The notes beneath the pieces are model-generated. The model saw only the letters and a list, made by a program, of their open reading frames with translations. It made no database searches and was not told the DNA's origin. Of a DNA stretch of 64,000 bases, positions 40,200-49,681 are shown one piece after another (the first letter of the stretch is position 1; every line of letters begins with the position of its first letter). The stretch is from Algoriphagus sp. (GTDB taxonomy: Bacteria; Bacteroidota; Bacteroidia; Cytophagales; Cyclobacteriaceae): NCBI GenBank assembly GCA_040403475.1, contig JBBAKO010000014.1:4916-68915 (forward strand), written 5' to 3'. Position numbers and translations under genes: made by a program.

Positions 40200-41522
40200 T
40201 TGAAAAAAATACCCTTACACACGCAAATTATCATCGGCCTTGTTCTTGGTCTGATCTTTGGCCTAGTCTCCATCAAGACGGGAATGCCCAAGTGGATCAC
40301 CTTGGATTACATCAAGCCCATAGGCACTATTTTCATCAATGGACTAAAGATGATCGCCATGCCACTCGTATTGGCCTCGTTGATCATCGGTGTATCCAAC
40401 TTGGGGGACATCTCCAAGTTGAGCCGAATTGGGGGACGTACGCTATTCTTGTTTTTGGCCACCACCGTGGTATCCATTTGCATCGGCTTGACGCTAGTCA
40501 ACATATTCAAACCTGGAGCGGCACTACCTGATTCTACTCGGGAAAACCTTATGGCCTTGTATGAAGGAGATGCCGGTAAGCGTGCAGCATCTGCCACACA
40601 ACTTCAGGATCAGAGCCCTCTGCAGCCCTTGATTGACATGGTACCACAAAACTTCTTTTTGGCCACCACGGACAATGCGGCCATGCTGCAAGTCGTATTC
40701 TTTGCCATCCTTGCCGGCATTGCCCTACTTCAAATTCCTAGATCAAAAGCCGAACCTGTCATGGCCTTCTTTGACGGATTCAATGAAGTGATTACCCAAA
40801 TTGTCAATTACATCATGGTCCTTGCACCCTATGGTGTATTTGCCTTGATGGCTTCCTTGATTGTGGAGATTGCAGGTGATGATCCCGATTCCGCACTCAC
40901 GCTACTTTTGGCTTTACTCAAGTACAGCTTGATCGTACTAGCAGGTCTATTCATTGTCATGGTAGTCATGTTCCCCCTCTTGCTCAAGTTCATGACCAAG
41001 GTTCCGGTGGGCCACTTTTTCAAAGCCATCCGCCCTGCACAGCTACTCGCATTTTCTACAAGTTCCAGTAACGCTACACTTCCCGTAACCATGAAGATTA
41101 CGGAAGAGGAGCTGGGTGTATCTGAAAACATTTCCAGCTTTGTTCTCCCACTTGGAGCCACAGTCAACATGAATGGTACCAGTTTGTACCAAAGTGTGGC
41201 TGCCGTATTTATAGCTCAGGCGCTAGGGATGGAACTCACCTTCGGCCAGCAAGTGATGATTGTATTGACTTCCACTTTGGCTGCAGTAGGATCTGCAGGC
41301 GTACCAGGAGCAGGTCTCATCATGCTTATCGTCGTCCTCGAAGCCATTGGTATCCCAGCAGCCGGCATTGCCCTGATTATGGCTCCAGATCGGATTCTTG
41401 ACATGTTTAGGACGGTAGTCAACATCACGGGTGACGTAGTGGTAGCCGCTGTCATTGCTAGTAAGGAAGGTGAAGTTTTGGAAGGTGTCGATGCGGATGC
41501 TGCCCCTACCGAAAAGGAATAA
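40200..41522 (+). CDS. Dicarboxylate/amino acid:cation symporter
   Basis: AFSTSSSNATLP, PLGATVNMNGT, GSAGVPG, DRILDMFRTVVNITGD. Confidence 0.93.
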   Translation: MKKIPLHTQIIIGLVLGLIFGLVSIKTGMPKWITLDYIKPIGTIFINGLKMIAMPLVLASLIIGVSNLGDISKLSRIGGRTLFLFLATTVVSICIGLTLVNIFKPGAALPDSTRENLMALYEGDAGKRAASATQLQDQSPLQPLIDMVPQNFFLATTDNAAMLQVVFFAILAGIALLQIPRSKAEPVMAFFDGFNEVITQIVNYIMVLAPYGVFALMASLIVEIAGDDPDSALTLLLALLKYSLIVLAGLFIVMVVMFPLLLKFMTKVPVGHFFKAIRPAQLLAFSTSSSNATLPVTMKITEEELGVSENISSFVLPLGATVNMNGTSLYQSVAAVFIAQALGMELTFGQQVMIVLTSTLAAVGSAGVPGAGLIMLIVVLEAIGIPAAGIALIMAPDRILDMFRTVVNITGDVVVAAVIASKEGEVLEGVDADAAPTEKE

Positions 41523-41536
41523 ACATTCCCAACATG

Positions 41537-41574
41537 CACAAAAAAGGCCCCGCACGAACGGGGCCTTTTTTGTG
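41537..41574. terminator. Bidirectional intrinsic terminator
   Basis: CACAAAAAAGGCCCCG-cacgaa-CGGGGCCTTTTTTGTG between convergent genes. Confidence 0.85.
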
Positions 41575-41593
41575 TTTAGCAGTTTTAAAGGGC

Positions 41594-42649
41594 TTAGTGA
41601 TTTTTCAAGAAGTCTACCAAACGCATAAACTCCGCATCCGTGATCGCGGGAAAGTTGGCAATCCGAAAACTGCTTGCTTTGAGAGGACCATAGCCTCCGC
41701 CAAGTTGCATGCCTTCTTTTTCAGCAGCCTTTTTGACCGCCGCAATCGCTTCTTCCTTTCCCGACACCGCAAGTACAGTAGTACTTCGAGTGGCGGCATT
41801 GTCTACAAGCAAGTCAAAAGTTGAAGACTGCGCTACCACTTTTTCCAAACTAGCCATGCGCTCTCGCAACCGCGCATCTACCTGAGCGATAGGATCCATG
41901 TCTTGCAAAACCCGATACAGGAGGTAAATCCCCAACACATTGGGCGTGTAGTGGGTCTGGTAGCTGGCTGCATTTTCAAGCATAAAGCTGAGGCTATTGT
42001 ATCTCCCCCGCTCTCCTTTTCGAGCTACTTTTTCCTTGGCTTTGCCAGAAAGCAAGAGTATTCCTAGTCCTGCCGGCAAGCCAAAGCATTTCTGAACGGA
42101 TGCATACCATACATCTGCCAACGAAAAATCAAACACAATCCCTCCCATGGAAGAAGTAGTGTCCACGGCAATCATCTTGTCTGGATAGCGCACTGCCAGC
42201 TCCCGGAGAACCGACATGGGCACCTGTGAGGCGTTGGCTGTTTCGTTTTGCGTCACCGAAATCAAGTCAACCTCAGGACCGATTTGCAATTGATCCACAG
42301 GAATGGATTCATTGGCAGCTAACTTATGCCCTTGGGTAGCAGGAAGAATGTGCTGGGCATATTCCAACCATTTTTTACCAAAAGAACCCGAATACAAGTG
42401 GTAGCTGGACTGTTCTACCAAGGATTGGGAGATGATCTCCCAGCTTTCTGTCGCCGAAGAAGTGAATAGCAAGGTGAAGTCAGCTGGAACCTGCAGCTTC
42501 TCCCGAAAAAGCTGTTCGGTATCCCGATACAAATTCATAAACACTGCACTGCGGTGATTGGCGCTCAATATCCCTTGGACATAAGCCTCCTGTAAGTAGG
42601 CAGGTAGTGCATCGTATACTTTGGAAGGTCCTGGGGCGAAGGTAATCAT
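41594..42649 (-). CDS. serC: Class V PLP aminotransferase (phosphoserine aminotransferase-like)
   Basis: FAPGPS, HRS, QNET, VDTTSS, SVQKCFGLPAGLG, FRIANFP. Confidence 0.75.
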   Translation of the reverse strand: MITFAPGPSKVYDALPAYLQEAYVQGILSANHRSAVFMNLYRDTEQLFREKLQVPADFTLLFTSSATESWEIISQSLVEQSSYHLYSGSFGKKWLEYAQHILPATQGHKLAANESIPVDQLQIGPEVDLISVTQNETANASQVPMSVLRELAVRYPDKMIAVDTTSSMGGIVFDFSLADVWYASVQKCFGLPAGLGILLLSGKAKEKVARKGERGRYNSLSFMLENAASYQTHYTPNVLGIYLLYRVLQDMDPIAQVDARLRERMASLEKVVAQSSTFDLLVDNAATRSTTVLAVSGKEEAIAAVKKAAEKEGMQLGGGYGPLKASSFRIANFPAITDAEFMRLVDFLKNH

Positions 42650-43074
42650 CGGGAAGGGTTGATTAGAAAATACTGAATTGCCAAGGCATAGCCGGTTAGA
42701 CCTAGGCCAGCAATCATGCCCACACAGGATTTGGAAAGAATGCTTTTGTGGCGAAACTCTTCGCGCTTGTACAAATTGGAAATGTGCACCTCCACCGTAG
42801 GCGTGGTAACTGCGGCCACTGCATCCGATAGGGCAACAGAGGTATGCGTATAGCCTCCCGCATTCAAAATAATGCCATCTACGGAAAAGCCTACCTCCTG
42901 AATTTTGTTGATCAGCTCCCCTTCTACATTGCTTTGAAAATAGGAAAATTCTACCGCTGGAAACTGGGCCTGAAGCTGCACAAAATAGCTTTCAAAAGAT
43001 TCACTGCCATACACTTCGGGCTCTCGCTTGCCGAGCAAGTTGAGATTTGGGCCATTGATCACCTGGATTTTCAT
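42646..43074 (-). CDS. aroQ: Type II 3-dehydroquinate dehydratase
   Basis: NGPNLNLLGKREPEVYG, QSNVEG, NAGGYTHTS, EVHISN..REEFRH. Confidence 0.97.
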   Translation of the reverse strand: MKIQVINGPNLNLLGKREPEVYGSESFESYFVQLQAQFPAVEFSYFQSNVEGELINKIQEVGFSVDGIILNAGGYTHTSVALSDAVAAVTTPTVEVHISNLYKREEFRHKSILSKSCVGMIAGLGLTGYALAIQYFLINPSR

Positions 43075-43137
43075 GGGTACATCGAAAAGAATTGACTATA
43101 AAGGTATTGACTCCAAGCTAGCTTGCCAAAAGCTTGG

Positions 43138-43797
43138 TTAAGGACTTTTCTGCTTGCGTTCCTTGACACGAAATAGGTAGGCAAGCGTAAACTCGAGGTT
43201 GGTCGAACTCATCTCAAAAATACGATCCTGAGACTCTGGATTCGTAAAGTCATAGCCAAAGCGTGCCTCAGCAGACAGGGTAGACTTGCCAAAAAGCTTG
43301 GAAATTCCTACCCCTCCTGTAAGTCCATACATGCGCTTGTTGGGGGTATCTGCAGGCTGTCCAAAGGTAGGTAGCTCCTTGGGGGTAGCTCCCGAATACT
43401 CCCGAGAAATATCCTCAACCTGTCTCAGCAGCCCAAAGTGAGGACCAAACTTGATTTGAAATCGCCCAGAACGTCCAGCAAAGATACTTGCTAGGATAGG
43501 GATTTTGAGGTAGCTAAACTCGGTTTGATTGATCTTCCCTGCATCGTTGACTTGCTTGAAGCCGAGCGTAAGTTGCTGGATATTGAGCTCTACCCCTGCA
43601 TTTTTGGAGTCAAAATATTCGAGTACCAGGGCGAAGGTTGGAGCGGCAACTCCCTCCACTTTTTTGACCCGGGTACCTGCAGTCGCCTGGTAGCTGTAGG
43701 AACTGCTACTCAACCCTCCTCGAATACCGATACTCAACTGCGCGAAAGCAATTCCTGGCAAGAGGAGAAAACCCAGCACCAACAGCTTTTTAACCAT
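43138..43797 (-). CDS. Outer-membrane beta-barrel protein (PorT/porin family)
   Basis: Signal peptide, alternating beta-strands, YLKIPIL, C-terminal LAYLF. Start taken as ATG 43797. Confidence 0.75.
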   Translation of the reverse strand: MVKKLLVLGFLLLPGIAFAQLSIGIRGGLSSSSYSYQATAGTRVKKVEGVAAPTFALVLEYFDSKNAGVELNIQQLTLGFKQVNDAGKINQTEFSYLKIPILASIFAGRSGRFQIKFGPHFGLLRQVEDISREYSGATPKELPTFGQPADTPNKRMYGLTGGVGISKLFGKSTLSAEARFGYDFTNPESQDRIFEMSSTNLEFTLAYLFRVKERKQKSP

Positions 43798-43888
43798 AAT
43801 CCAACCTATCAATTTTTTTTTACGATGATGTTTATCCGCTTTAGCACCTACTACCAAAGATATTAAGATTTGATGGGTAAGGAAATTT

Positions 43889-43922
43889 GCTGTGGACTGT
43901 GAGCGGTCAACTGTCGACGATT
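43889..43922. repeat. Truncated copy 3 of the dispersed element (heptamer arm only)
   Basis: GCTGTGG ACTGTGA GCGGTCA ACTGTCG ACGATT aligns with 33597-33630. Confidence 0.65.
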
Positions 43923-43929
43923 TTTTTCA

Positions 43930-46674
43930 CTATTTTTTATTCAACCTAAAAGTCCCTTGAATCGGCTCCCCAGCCACAGTTAATCCACGCACTTCCACAA
44001 TCACGGGGCCACCTAAGTCGTTGGCAAAAAAGGAAAGAACCAACTCCCCCTTTTCATTGGTCACCAAATAAGGGTTCCAATACAAGGTCTGCCGATCGTC
44101 TTTAGCTCCAACTGGGCTATCAGGACCGTAAGTACGTGATGTAAAATCGCTTGGTACTTGAAAGCCTTCTAGGGTAAAGGTGATCATTCCCTTTCCTTCC
44201 AAAGGTTTGTCCTGGTTCTCATCCATCGCATCCTTGAGGTAAACGGCAATGACTCCATTTTTTCCTTGATCTCCGAGCATAGGCACCATCCTGGTGACTA
44301 CCTCCACCCGATCAATATCGAAGGCATTGATGTTTCTAATGTTATCTGCAGCAGTGGCCATGCCTCCGCCTACAAGAACTACCCCATCCAACATAACTAC
44401 AGGCTCCATCGAACCAAGGGCCGAAACCGCTCCACCTCGAAGGCGAATCGTTTGTTGCCCAGTACCCCCTACCAGGGTCACTCGGGCACCTGGAATATTT
44501 CCTACTAGGCTATTTACCAAATCAGTTGCACTTCCGGTCTTGGTCAACTTTTCTCCTTCAATGATAAAATCCGGGTTACCATAGATGGCTTTTGGCCGCA
44601 CCTTTTCCGACTTAGCTTCTGGATTGGCTACCTCAGGATCAGGAACTTTTGCTGGAGTGGCCAGCGTGGTAACTTTGGGAAAATAGGGCATTTGGGGCAA
44701 GACCACAGGCGCTTTGAGGGGCTCTTGGAGCTGCACATTGAGTGGCCGACCTTTTTTGTCAGCAGCCACCAATCCTAGGCGCATCGGCCCATAAAATTCC
44801 ATATTCTCCATCGCAAAGTCTCCTTCGGCATTGGAAGTTAGATTGATCAAGCCCTGGAATTCATTCACAAAAGCAGTTACATCGGTACCAACCCCTTTCC
44901 CTTTGGCATCAGTTACTTTTCCTGTAACCGAAATACTCGTTTCAATGGGATACGAAAATCGTTCCGTTCCCAGCGTTTCTGGGATTTGGCTGAGCTTCAG
45001 ACTTGGCACCAGATCCACCTCCCTCCGGATAGGCACGAGCTGCTCTGCATCCCATATACTTACCGAAAGGGTAGCTGCTGCAGGCCGCCCTTTTTCGTCT
45101 GTAAGCTGCAGTCTTAAGTTTACCTCTTCCCGGGGACCGAAATTTGATTTATCTGACTGCAGTTGAACTCCTTTGTTGGTCCATTGCTCATTGATCTCCG
45201 ATGCTACGATTCGTTTGTAAGGATTCAGCACAGGGAGAGCTTGCATAAAGTACTGGTTGGGACCGTAATTTCGCATCCAGTTGGTGTAGGCCCTCAGGTA
45301 GTAGTACTCACCCTCTAGTGAGTCAGGCAATAGGAGATCTCCAACCACGATGCCATCGCGAATTGGGAATTTCTTTGCAAGGAGAATGTCACGTGCATTG
45401 GAAATCACTTCCACATGGAGCACCTTGCTCAGTTCATCTCTCAGGTAGGGGTTGCCATAGGCAAAATATCCTTTAAAGAAGAGGGAATCTCCTGCATAGT
45501 AATAGGGCTTATCGGTGTGGAGGTACACCTTCTCCTGGTAGTTTTTGGCTGTTTTAGCCAAATCCTGCAGCAGCAGTGCTTTTACCGCATCGTAGTCTAG
45601 GGGAAGCAAATTTGAAATTCGCTTGCGGTCCATATCGCCTGAGAAAACCAGATCTTCGGGGTTGAGGATCGAACCATTTTCCCGAACGCGCACTTGTCCA
45701 TTTTTTACTTCCAGCCATGAGATCGGATACGGAGCATCTCGGTACGTATTGGCTTGTGCAAAGCCTTTCTGGTAGTGAATTTCGATGCGGCCTTTGAGTT
45801 GCAGCAAATATTCATCAGGAGTACTGCCCGGCAGGACGAGGGGATCAGCCTTGTAGGGCACTACTGACTTTCCCAGTTCATTTGCAAAAATATCGGTACG
45901 GATATTCATGCTGGCAGAGCCTCCGGCCTTGTCTCCATAAAGATAAAATCCTTCCCGTTCGTAGGTGCCTTTGGTTATTGCCCGAAAGAGGTTCATGGGA
46001 GAGCGTTGGTAAATTATCGCTCGGTTTTTCTCCCAAAGGGCTTGCTGCGCATCCGAGTCGGGAGTTAGAAATTCAAACCTGGCGGCCCCTACGATGCGGT
46101 AATTGGTAGGCGCATCCAGAAACTCGGTTAGGTTGAACGTGATTTTATAGCCTAGGTAGCGGTTTTCGATTTCGATCGGCTGCTCCGCTCGCGCCAGAAA
46201 GGTTCCTTTTTCAGTGGGGATGGGGAAATCGATAACCCAAGGATTGAGGATGCTCGTTTGTGCAGCAGCTTCGTCTATGCCTAAAAAAAGACTTTGGAAT
46301 TTGCGGAGGTCACGCTCCCAGCTTTTGTCGCGAGATGCCTTTACTTCCTGTTCGGTGAGCTCCTGTTCCAGAGGAACTAAGTTAAGGTTGAGGGTAAAAG
46401 TCCTCCCAGGTTTTAGCGTAATTTTGCGTGTTTGGGCGGTATAGCCCAAAAAAGAAAAGCCAATCTCTACCGTCCCGGCTTCTATCCCTGAGAGGGTATA
46501 GTTGCCCTGCATGTCGGTTGCGGTGGATACGGTCGTGTTGTTGATAAATACCGAACAAAAAGGCAGTGCCTCTCCAGTTTCTGCATCTTTTACCGTACCT
46601 GTAAGCGTGGCAGTTTGTGCTACAGCGAGTGCGGAGCAAAGTAGAAAGAACACAAGTAGGCAGGTATTTTTCAC
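43930..46674 (-). CDS. Large secreted protein: carboxypeptidase-regulatory-like domain, macroglobulin-like domain and TonB plug, no barrel
   Basis: LTGTVKDAETGEALP, EKVYLHTDKPYY, LRAYTNWMRN, IDRVEV..GKNGVIAV, TLYWNP. Confidence 0.8.
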   Translation of the reverse strand: MKNTCLLVFFLLCSALAVAQTATLTGTVKDAETGEALPFCSVFINNTTVSTATDMQGNYTLSGIEAGTVEIGFSFLGYTAQTRKITLKPGRTFTLNLNLVPLEQELTEQEVKASRDKSWERDLRKFQSLFLGIDEAAAQTSILNPWVIDFPIPTEKGTFLARAEQPIEIENRYLGYKITFNLTEFLDAPTNYRIVGAARFEFLTPDSDAQQALWEKNRAIIYQRSPMNLFRAITKGTYEREGFYLYGDKAGGSASMNIRTDIFANELGKSVVPYKADPLVLPGSTPDEYLLQLKGRIEIHYQKGFAQANTYRDAPYPISWLEVKNGQVRVRENGSILNPEDLVFSGDMDRKRISNLLPLDYDAVKALLLQDLAKTAKNYQEKVYLHTDKPYYYAGDSLFFKGYFAYGNPYLRDELSKVLHVEVISNARDILLAKKFPIRDGIVVGDLLLPDSLEGEYYYLRAYTNWMRNYGPNQYFMQALPVLNPYKRIVASEINEQWTNKGVQLQSDKSNFGPREEVNLRLQLTDEKGRPAAATLSVSIWDAEQLVPIRREVDLVPSLKLSQIPETLGTERFSYPIETSISVTGKVTDAKGKGVGTDVTAFVNEFQGLINLTSNAEGDFAMENMEFYGPMRLGLVAADKKGRPLNVQLQEPLKAPVVLPQMPYFPKVTTLATPAKVPDPEVANPEAKSEKVRPKAIYGNPDFIIEGEKLTKTGSATDLVNSLVGNIPGARVTLVGGTGQQTIRLRGGAVSALGSMEPVVMLDGVVLVGGGMATAADNIRNINAFDIDRVEVVTRMVPMLGDQGKNGVIAVYLKDAMDENQDKPLEGKGMITFTLEGFQVPSDFTSRTYGPDSPVGAKDDRQTLYWNPYLVTNEKGELVLSFFANDLGGPVIVEVRGLTVAGEPIQGTFRLNKK

Positions 46675-46702
46675 AGAAGTAGTCTAAGATGAAGGAGTTA
46701 TG

Positions 46703-49408
46703 CTAATTTTCCAACGGGAGCCTGGTCAGGGGTTCATTCAGTAGAAAGGTCCCATAAATAGGACCTCCAAGTTCCGTAATCCCACGGACTTCTACTAAAA
46801 TTGGCCCTGATTTTTCGTTGAGCAAAAATTCAATGGGTATAGAAAGCCGTGATCCATCGTTGGTGAGGCTGGGATTCCAATACAGGGTCGGCCGGAAGGG
46901 ATTTAAGAAGGGGTAAAACTTTCTACTGGATTCGGTGACTTCAAAAGGTAGACTTGGTGCAAATCCCTGCAGCTTCAGCAAAGTGAAGTTATTTCCCTCT
47001 TTTTGGAGTTGCTCCCCGGATTTGAGGATGATGGATATCACCCCATTTCGGCCCAAGTCTCCATACATGGGCACCAAACGCCGAATGACCTCGACCCGCT
47101 CGATGTTGAAGATATTGACCCCATCCAGCACCTCGTAAAACGTTCTGCCTCCTCCTCCACCTCCAAGTAACGTACCTGAAGATCCATTTGCGGGCACCCC
47201 ATTGATTAGCACTAGGGGTTCTCCCCCTCGGAAGGACACCCGAACATTAGGAGGCGTGCCGACAATCCTCAGGCCTGCCACCTGAGCGGATAAGGCATAA
47301 ATAAATTGGAGGGTAGTCCCTACCAAGTTCATCCCCTCAGTCTCCACTACTTTATCCGGCTTCCCATAAATCATCGGACCAATGGAATTTTCCTTTTTTT
47401 CTTCTACCACAGCCTCCGCCAGCATGATTTCTCCTTTTTGAAGCGGCTGGATAGGAAGGTAGGAGGCATCGCCCTGGGCGCCCCTGGGTTCGACCTTTGG
47501 AAAGGCAATGGAGCTCAAATCTCTTGTGCTGGGGTAGGATTTAACATCCAATTGAATCACCCGAATCGGCCTGGCATTTTGGTCGGTTGCCTGTAACGAC
47601 ACCTCAAAATCGCCGGAAAAATTGGTCGCCGGAAAGTTAAAGGTCCCGTCCTTCGCTGACTTAAGCGTACGCACATCTTCGTATCCGTTGATAAAGGCCT
47701 TGACGGAGCCTTGAATAGGCGCTCCTGTTTCGTTAAGAAGTTTACCTGCTAGCTCAAAGCCCTTTTCCACAGGATACTCCGGCACTGCGGGTTTCCGTTT
47801 GGATGAATGCAAAAGTGCTTCCATCCCCTTGAAATCAGGCACGTGAACCGCCTGGTTGCCATCTAGTACCGAAACAGAAAAGTTAGATTTTAAGGGTTTC
47901 CCCTCCTCGTCTACGGTCATGATGTTGAGCGTGACCTTTTCCCCTGCTCCGTAGCTTTGCTTATCCGTAAACACACCGATGTTTTTAGATCCTGATGCAA
48001 GTGGGAAAGAGGCAGGCTGAAACTGGTGGGATAAAATTTGGATAGGCATGATGAGCTCCTCTTGCTCGTAATTAAGGCCCCAAGCGGTATAGGCGCGTAG
48101 GTAAAAATTGCCCGTTTCGGCCAGATCTGGAAGGGAAAGGTGTCCCTGTGCTACCCCATTTTTGATTTCTACGACCTGATGGATCCATTCGTAGCCTGTG
48201 GAATCGATTAGTTCTAGATGCAGTACCTTACTTAGCTCCTCCGCCATCAAGGGACTTCCATAGGAGAGGTAGGCTTTGAAATAGATGTTTTCTGCAGGCC
48301 AGTAATGCTTCCGATCCGTGTGCAAATAGATGCGTTCTTGCATCACCAGCTCATTTTTTTCAAGATTTGCCAGTTTGGTCAACCGATCCGCATTGAAATT
48401 GGAGGGTACCCCGAAGATGGGATTTTGGTTAGAAAACACCCCTCCAATCGCCAATTGGTCAGCTGCTACTGGGCTGCCATTCAGGTGGACGAGTAGCTTT
48501 TCCCCGCTGTAGTTGAGGGTTCCTTGTGAGCCATCCGCCAAACTTACCTTCAATGGTTTGGTGAAGGACAGCTGGTAAACTCCGGGTTGGGAAGTAAATG
48601 CCACTTCCGGATCTGCTGGAGTGGAGAAATCTGTTGTTTTCCCTTCCATCAACTGTGCGATGTAATAGGTAGGGCTAGATCGATACGCCTTTAAACGAGC
48701 CGCCCTTCTCCCTTCTTCCAAACTTCCTTCTTTGGGCAACTCAAAATACACGTAGGTCAGCTGTTGGGGGCTCGAGGTTTCTAAGGTAAAGGGGTCAAAA
48801 TACACGGAGACCAAGTAGCCCGTTTCCGGATTGGAAAAAAACAAGGGCCCAGCTGCCTGAACATGGTAGGATTTATCCTGTTGTTCCTCAAAAATCAGTT
48901 TATCTGGATTTAATACTTGTATTTGCTCTCCTGCCAGCCCCTTTCCTACAAAGGCCTCCTTCACCGCTTCTGTAAGCTTGGTGATTTTGGATTTAGACAA
49001 ATCAGAAGCCGTGAAACCGGAATTATCCTGCTTGTTGAGACGAATAGAAAGACGAAGAGGAACTCCTGCTTTGACTTGAATCTCTTGGCTAAACTTCTCC
49101 CAACCTGGTCCGCGAACCTGCAGCTCCCAGGTGCCTTCCGGCAAGTTGGCCAGGAGAAAGTTGCCATCCCCATCTGAGAAAGCCTGAAAAGTAGTGCTCG
49201 GGATAAACACATGGGCCTCCGAAATTGGAGCCTCAGTCGCAGTTGAAACAATCGTCCCGCTGAGTCGACCAGTCTGTGCCTGTGTGGAAGTGGCAAGAAA
49301 ATAGAGCAGGAAGAAAATCCAGGATAGGTTCAGTAGGAAGCGCTGAGTTTGCCTCCCCACACTTCTTGAGGGATGGCCACTTGTTGGAAATTCTTTTTGG
49401 TGTACCAT
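46703..49408 (-). CDS. Paralog of the preceding gene with the same domain order
   Basis: LSGTIV, ERIYLHTDRKHY, LRAYTAW, IERVEV..GRNGVISI, TLYWNP. True start uncertain. Confidence 0.8.
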   Translation of the reverse strand: MVHQKEFPTSGHPSRSVGRQTQRFLLNLSWIFFLLYFLATSTQAQTGRLSGTIVSTATEAPISEAHVFIPSTTFQAFSDGDGNFLLANLPEGTWELQVRGPGWEKFSQEIQVKAGVPLRLSIRLNKQDNSGFTASDLSKSKITKLTEAVKEAFVGKGLAGEQIQVLNPDKLIFEEQQDKSYHVQAAGPLFFSNPETGYLVSVYFDPFTLETSSPQQLTYVYFELPKEGSLEEGRRAARLKAYRSSPTYYIAQLMEGKTTDFSTPADPEVAFTSQPGVYQLSFTKPLKVSLADGSQGTLNYSGEKLLVHLNGSPVAADQLAIGGVFSNQNPIFGVPSNFNADRLTKLANLEKNELVMQERIYLHTDRKHYWPAENIYFKAYLSYGSPLMAEELSKVLHLELIDSTGYEWIHQVVEIKNGVAQGHLSLPDLAETGNFYLRAYTAWGLNYEQEELIMPIQILSHQFQPASFPLASGSKNIGVFTDKQSYGAGEKVTLNIMTVDEEGKPLKSNFSVSVLDGNQAVHVPDFKGMEALLHSSKRKPAVPEYPVEKGFELAGKLLNETGAPIQGSVKAFINGYEDVRTLKSAKDGTFNFPATNFSGDFEVSLQATDQNARPIRVIQLDVKSYPSTRDLSSIAFPKVEPRGAQGDASYLPIQPLQKGEIMLAEAVVEEKKENSIGPMIYGKPDKVVETEGMNLVGTTLQFIYALSAQVAGLRIVGTPPNVRVSFRGGEPLVLINGVPANGSSGTLLGGGGGGRTFYEVLDGVNIFNIERVEVIRRLVPMYGDLGRNGVISIILKSGEQLQKEGNNFTLLKLQGFAPSLPFEVTESSRKFYPFLNPFRPTLYWNPSLTNDGSRLSIPIEFLLNEKSGPILVEVRGITELGGPIYGTFLLNEPLTRLPLEN

Positions 49409-49494
49409 GTGGTTTTGCTGTTGAACTTAAAAAAATGGAATCGCCTAAAACCACAAAAGCCTCGGTTAAAGAAGCTTTTGTAGGTTTGTAGGGT

Positions 49495-49680
49495 TTAATC
49501 CTGTGTCAGATCCTCTCGCTCTTTGAGTTTTTTATCCTCTACGTTTTTATTGAGGAAATCATTGATTACCTCGATGGGAAGGCTGGAAGAGATTTCTCCA
49601 AAGGAGTTGATTTCCATTTTGAATCCCTTCAATTCCTCATGTACGCGGGGTTGCTCTTCTTTTTTCTTCTTTTTGGTCAT
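49495..49680 (-). CDS. Small conserved hypothetical protein
   Basis: 61 aa, VHEELKGF..INSFGEI..FLNKNVEDKKL; starts 1 bp after the gltX stop. Confidence 0.7.
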   Translation of the reverse strand: MTKKKKKEEQPRVHEELKGFKMEINSFGEISSSLPIEVINDFLNKNVEDKKLKEREDLTQD

Positions 49681-49681
49681 C

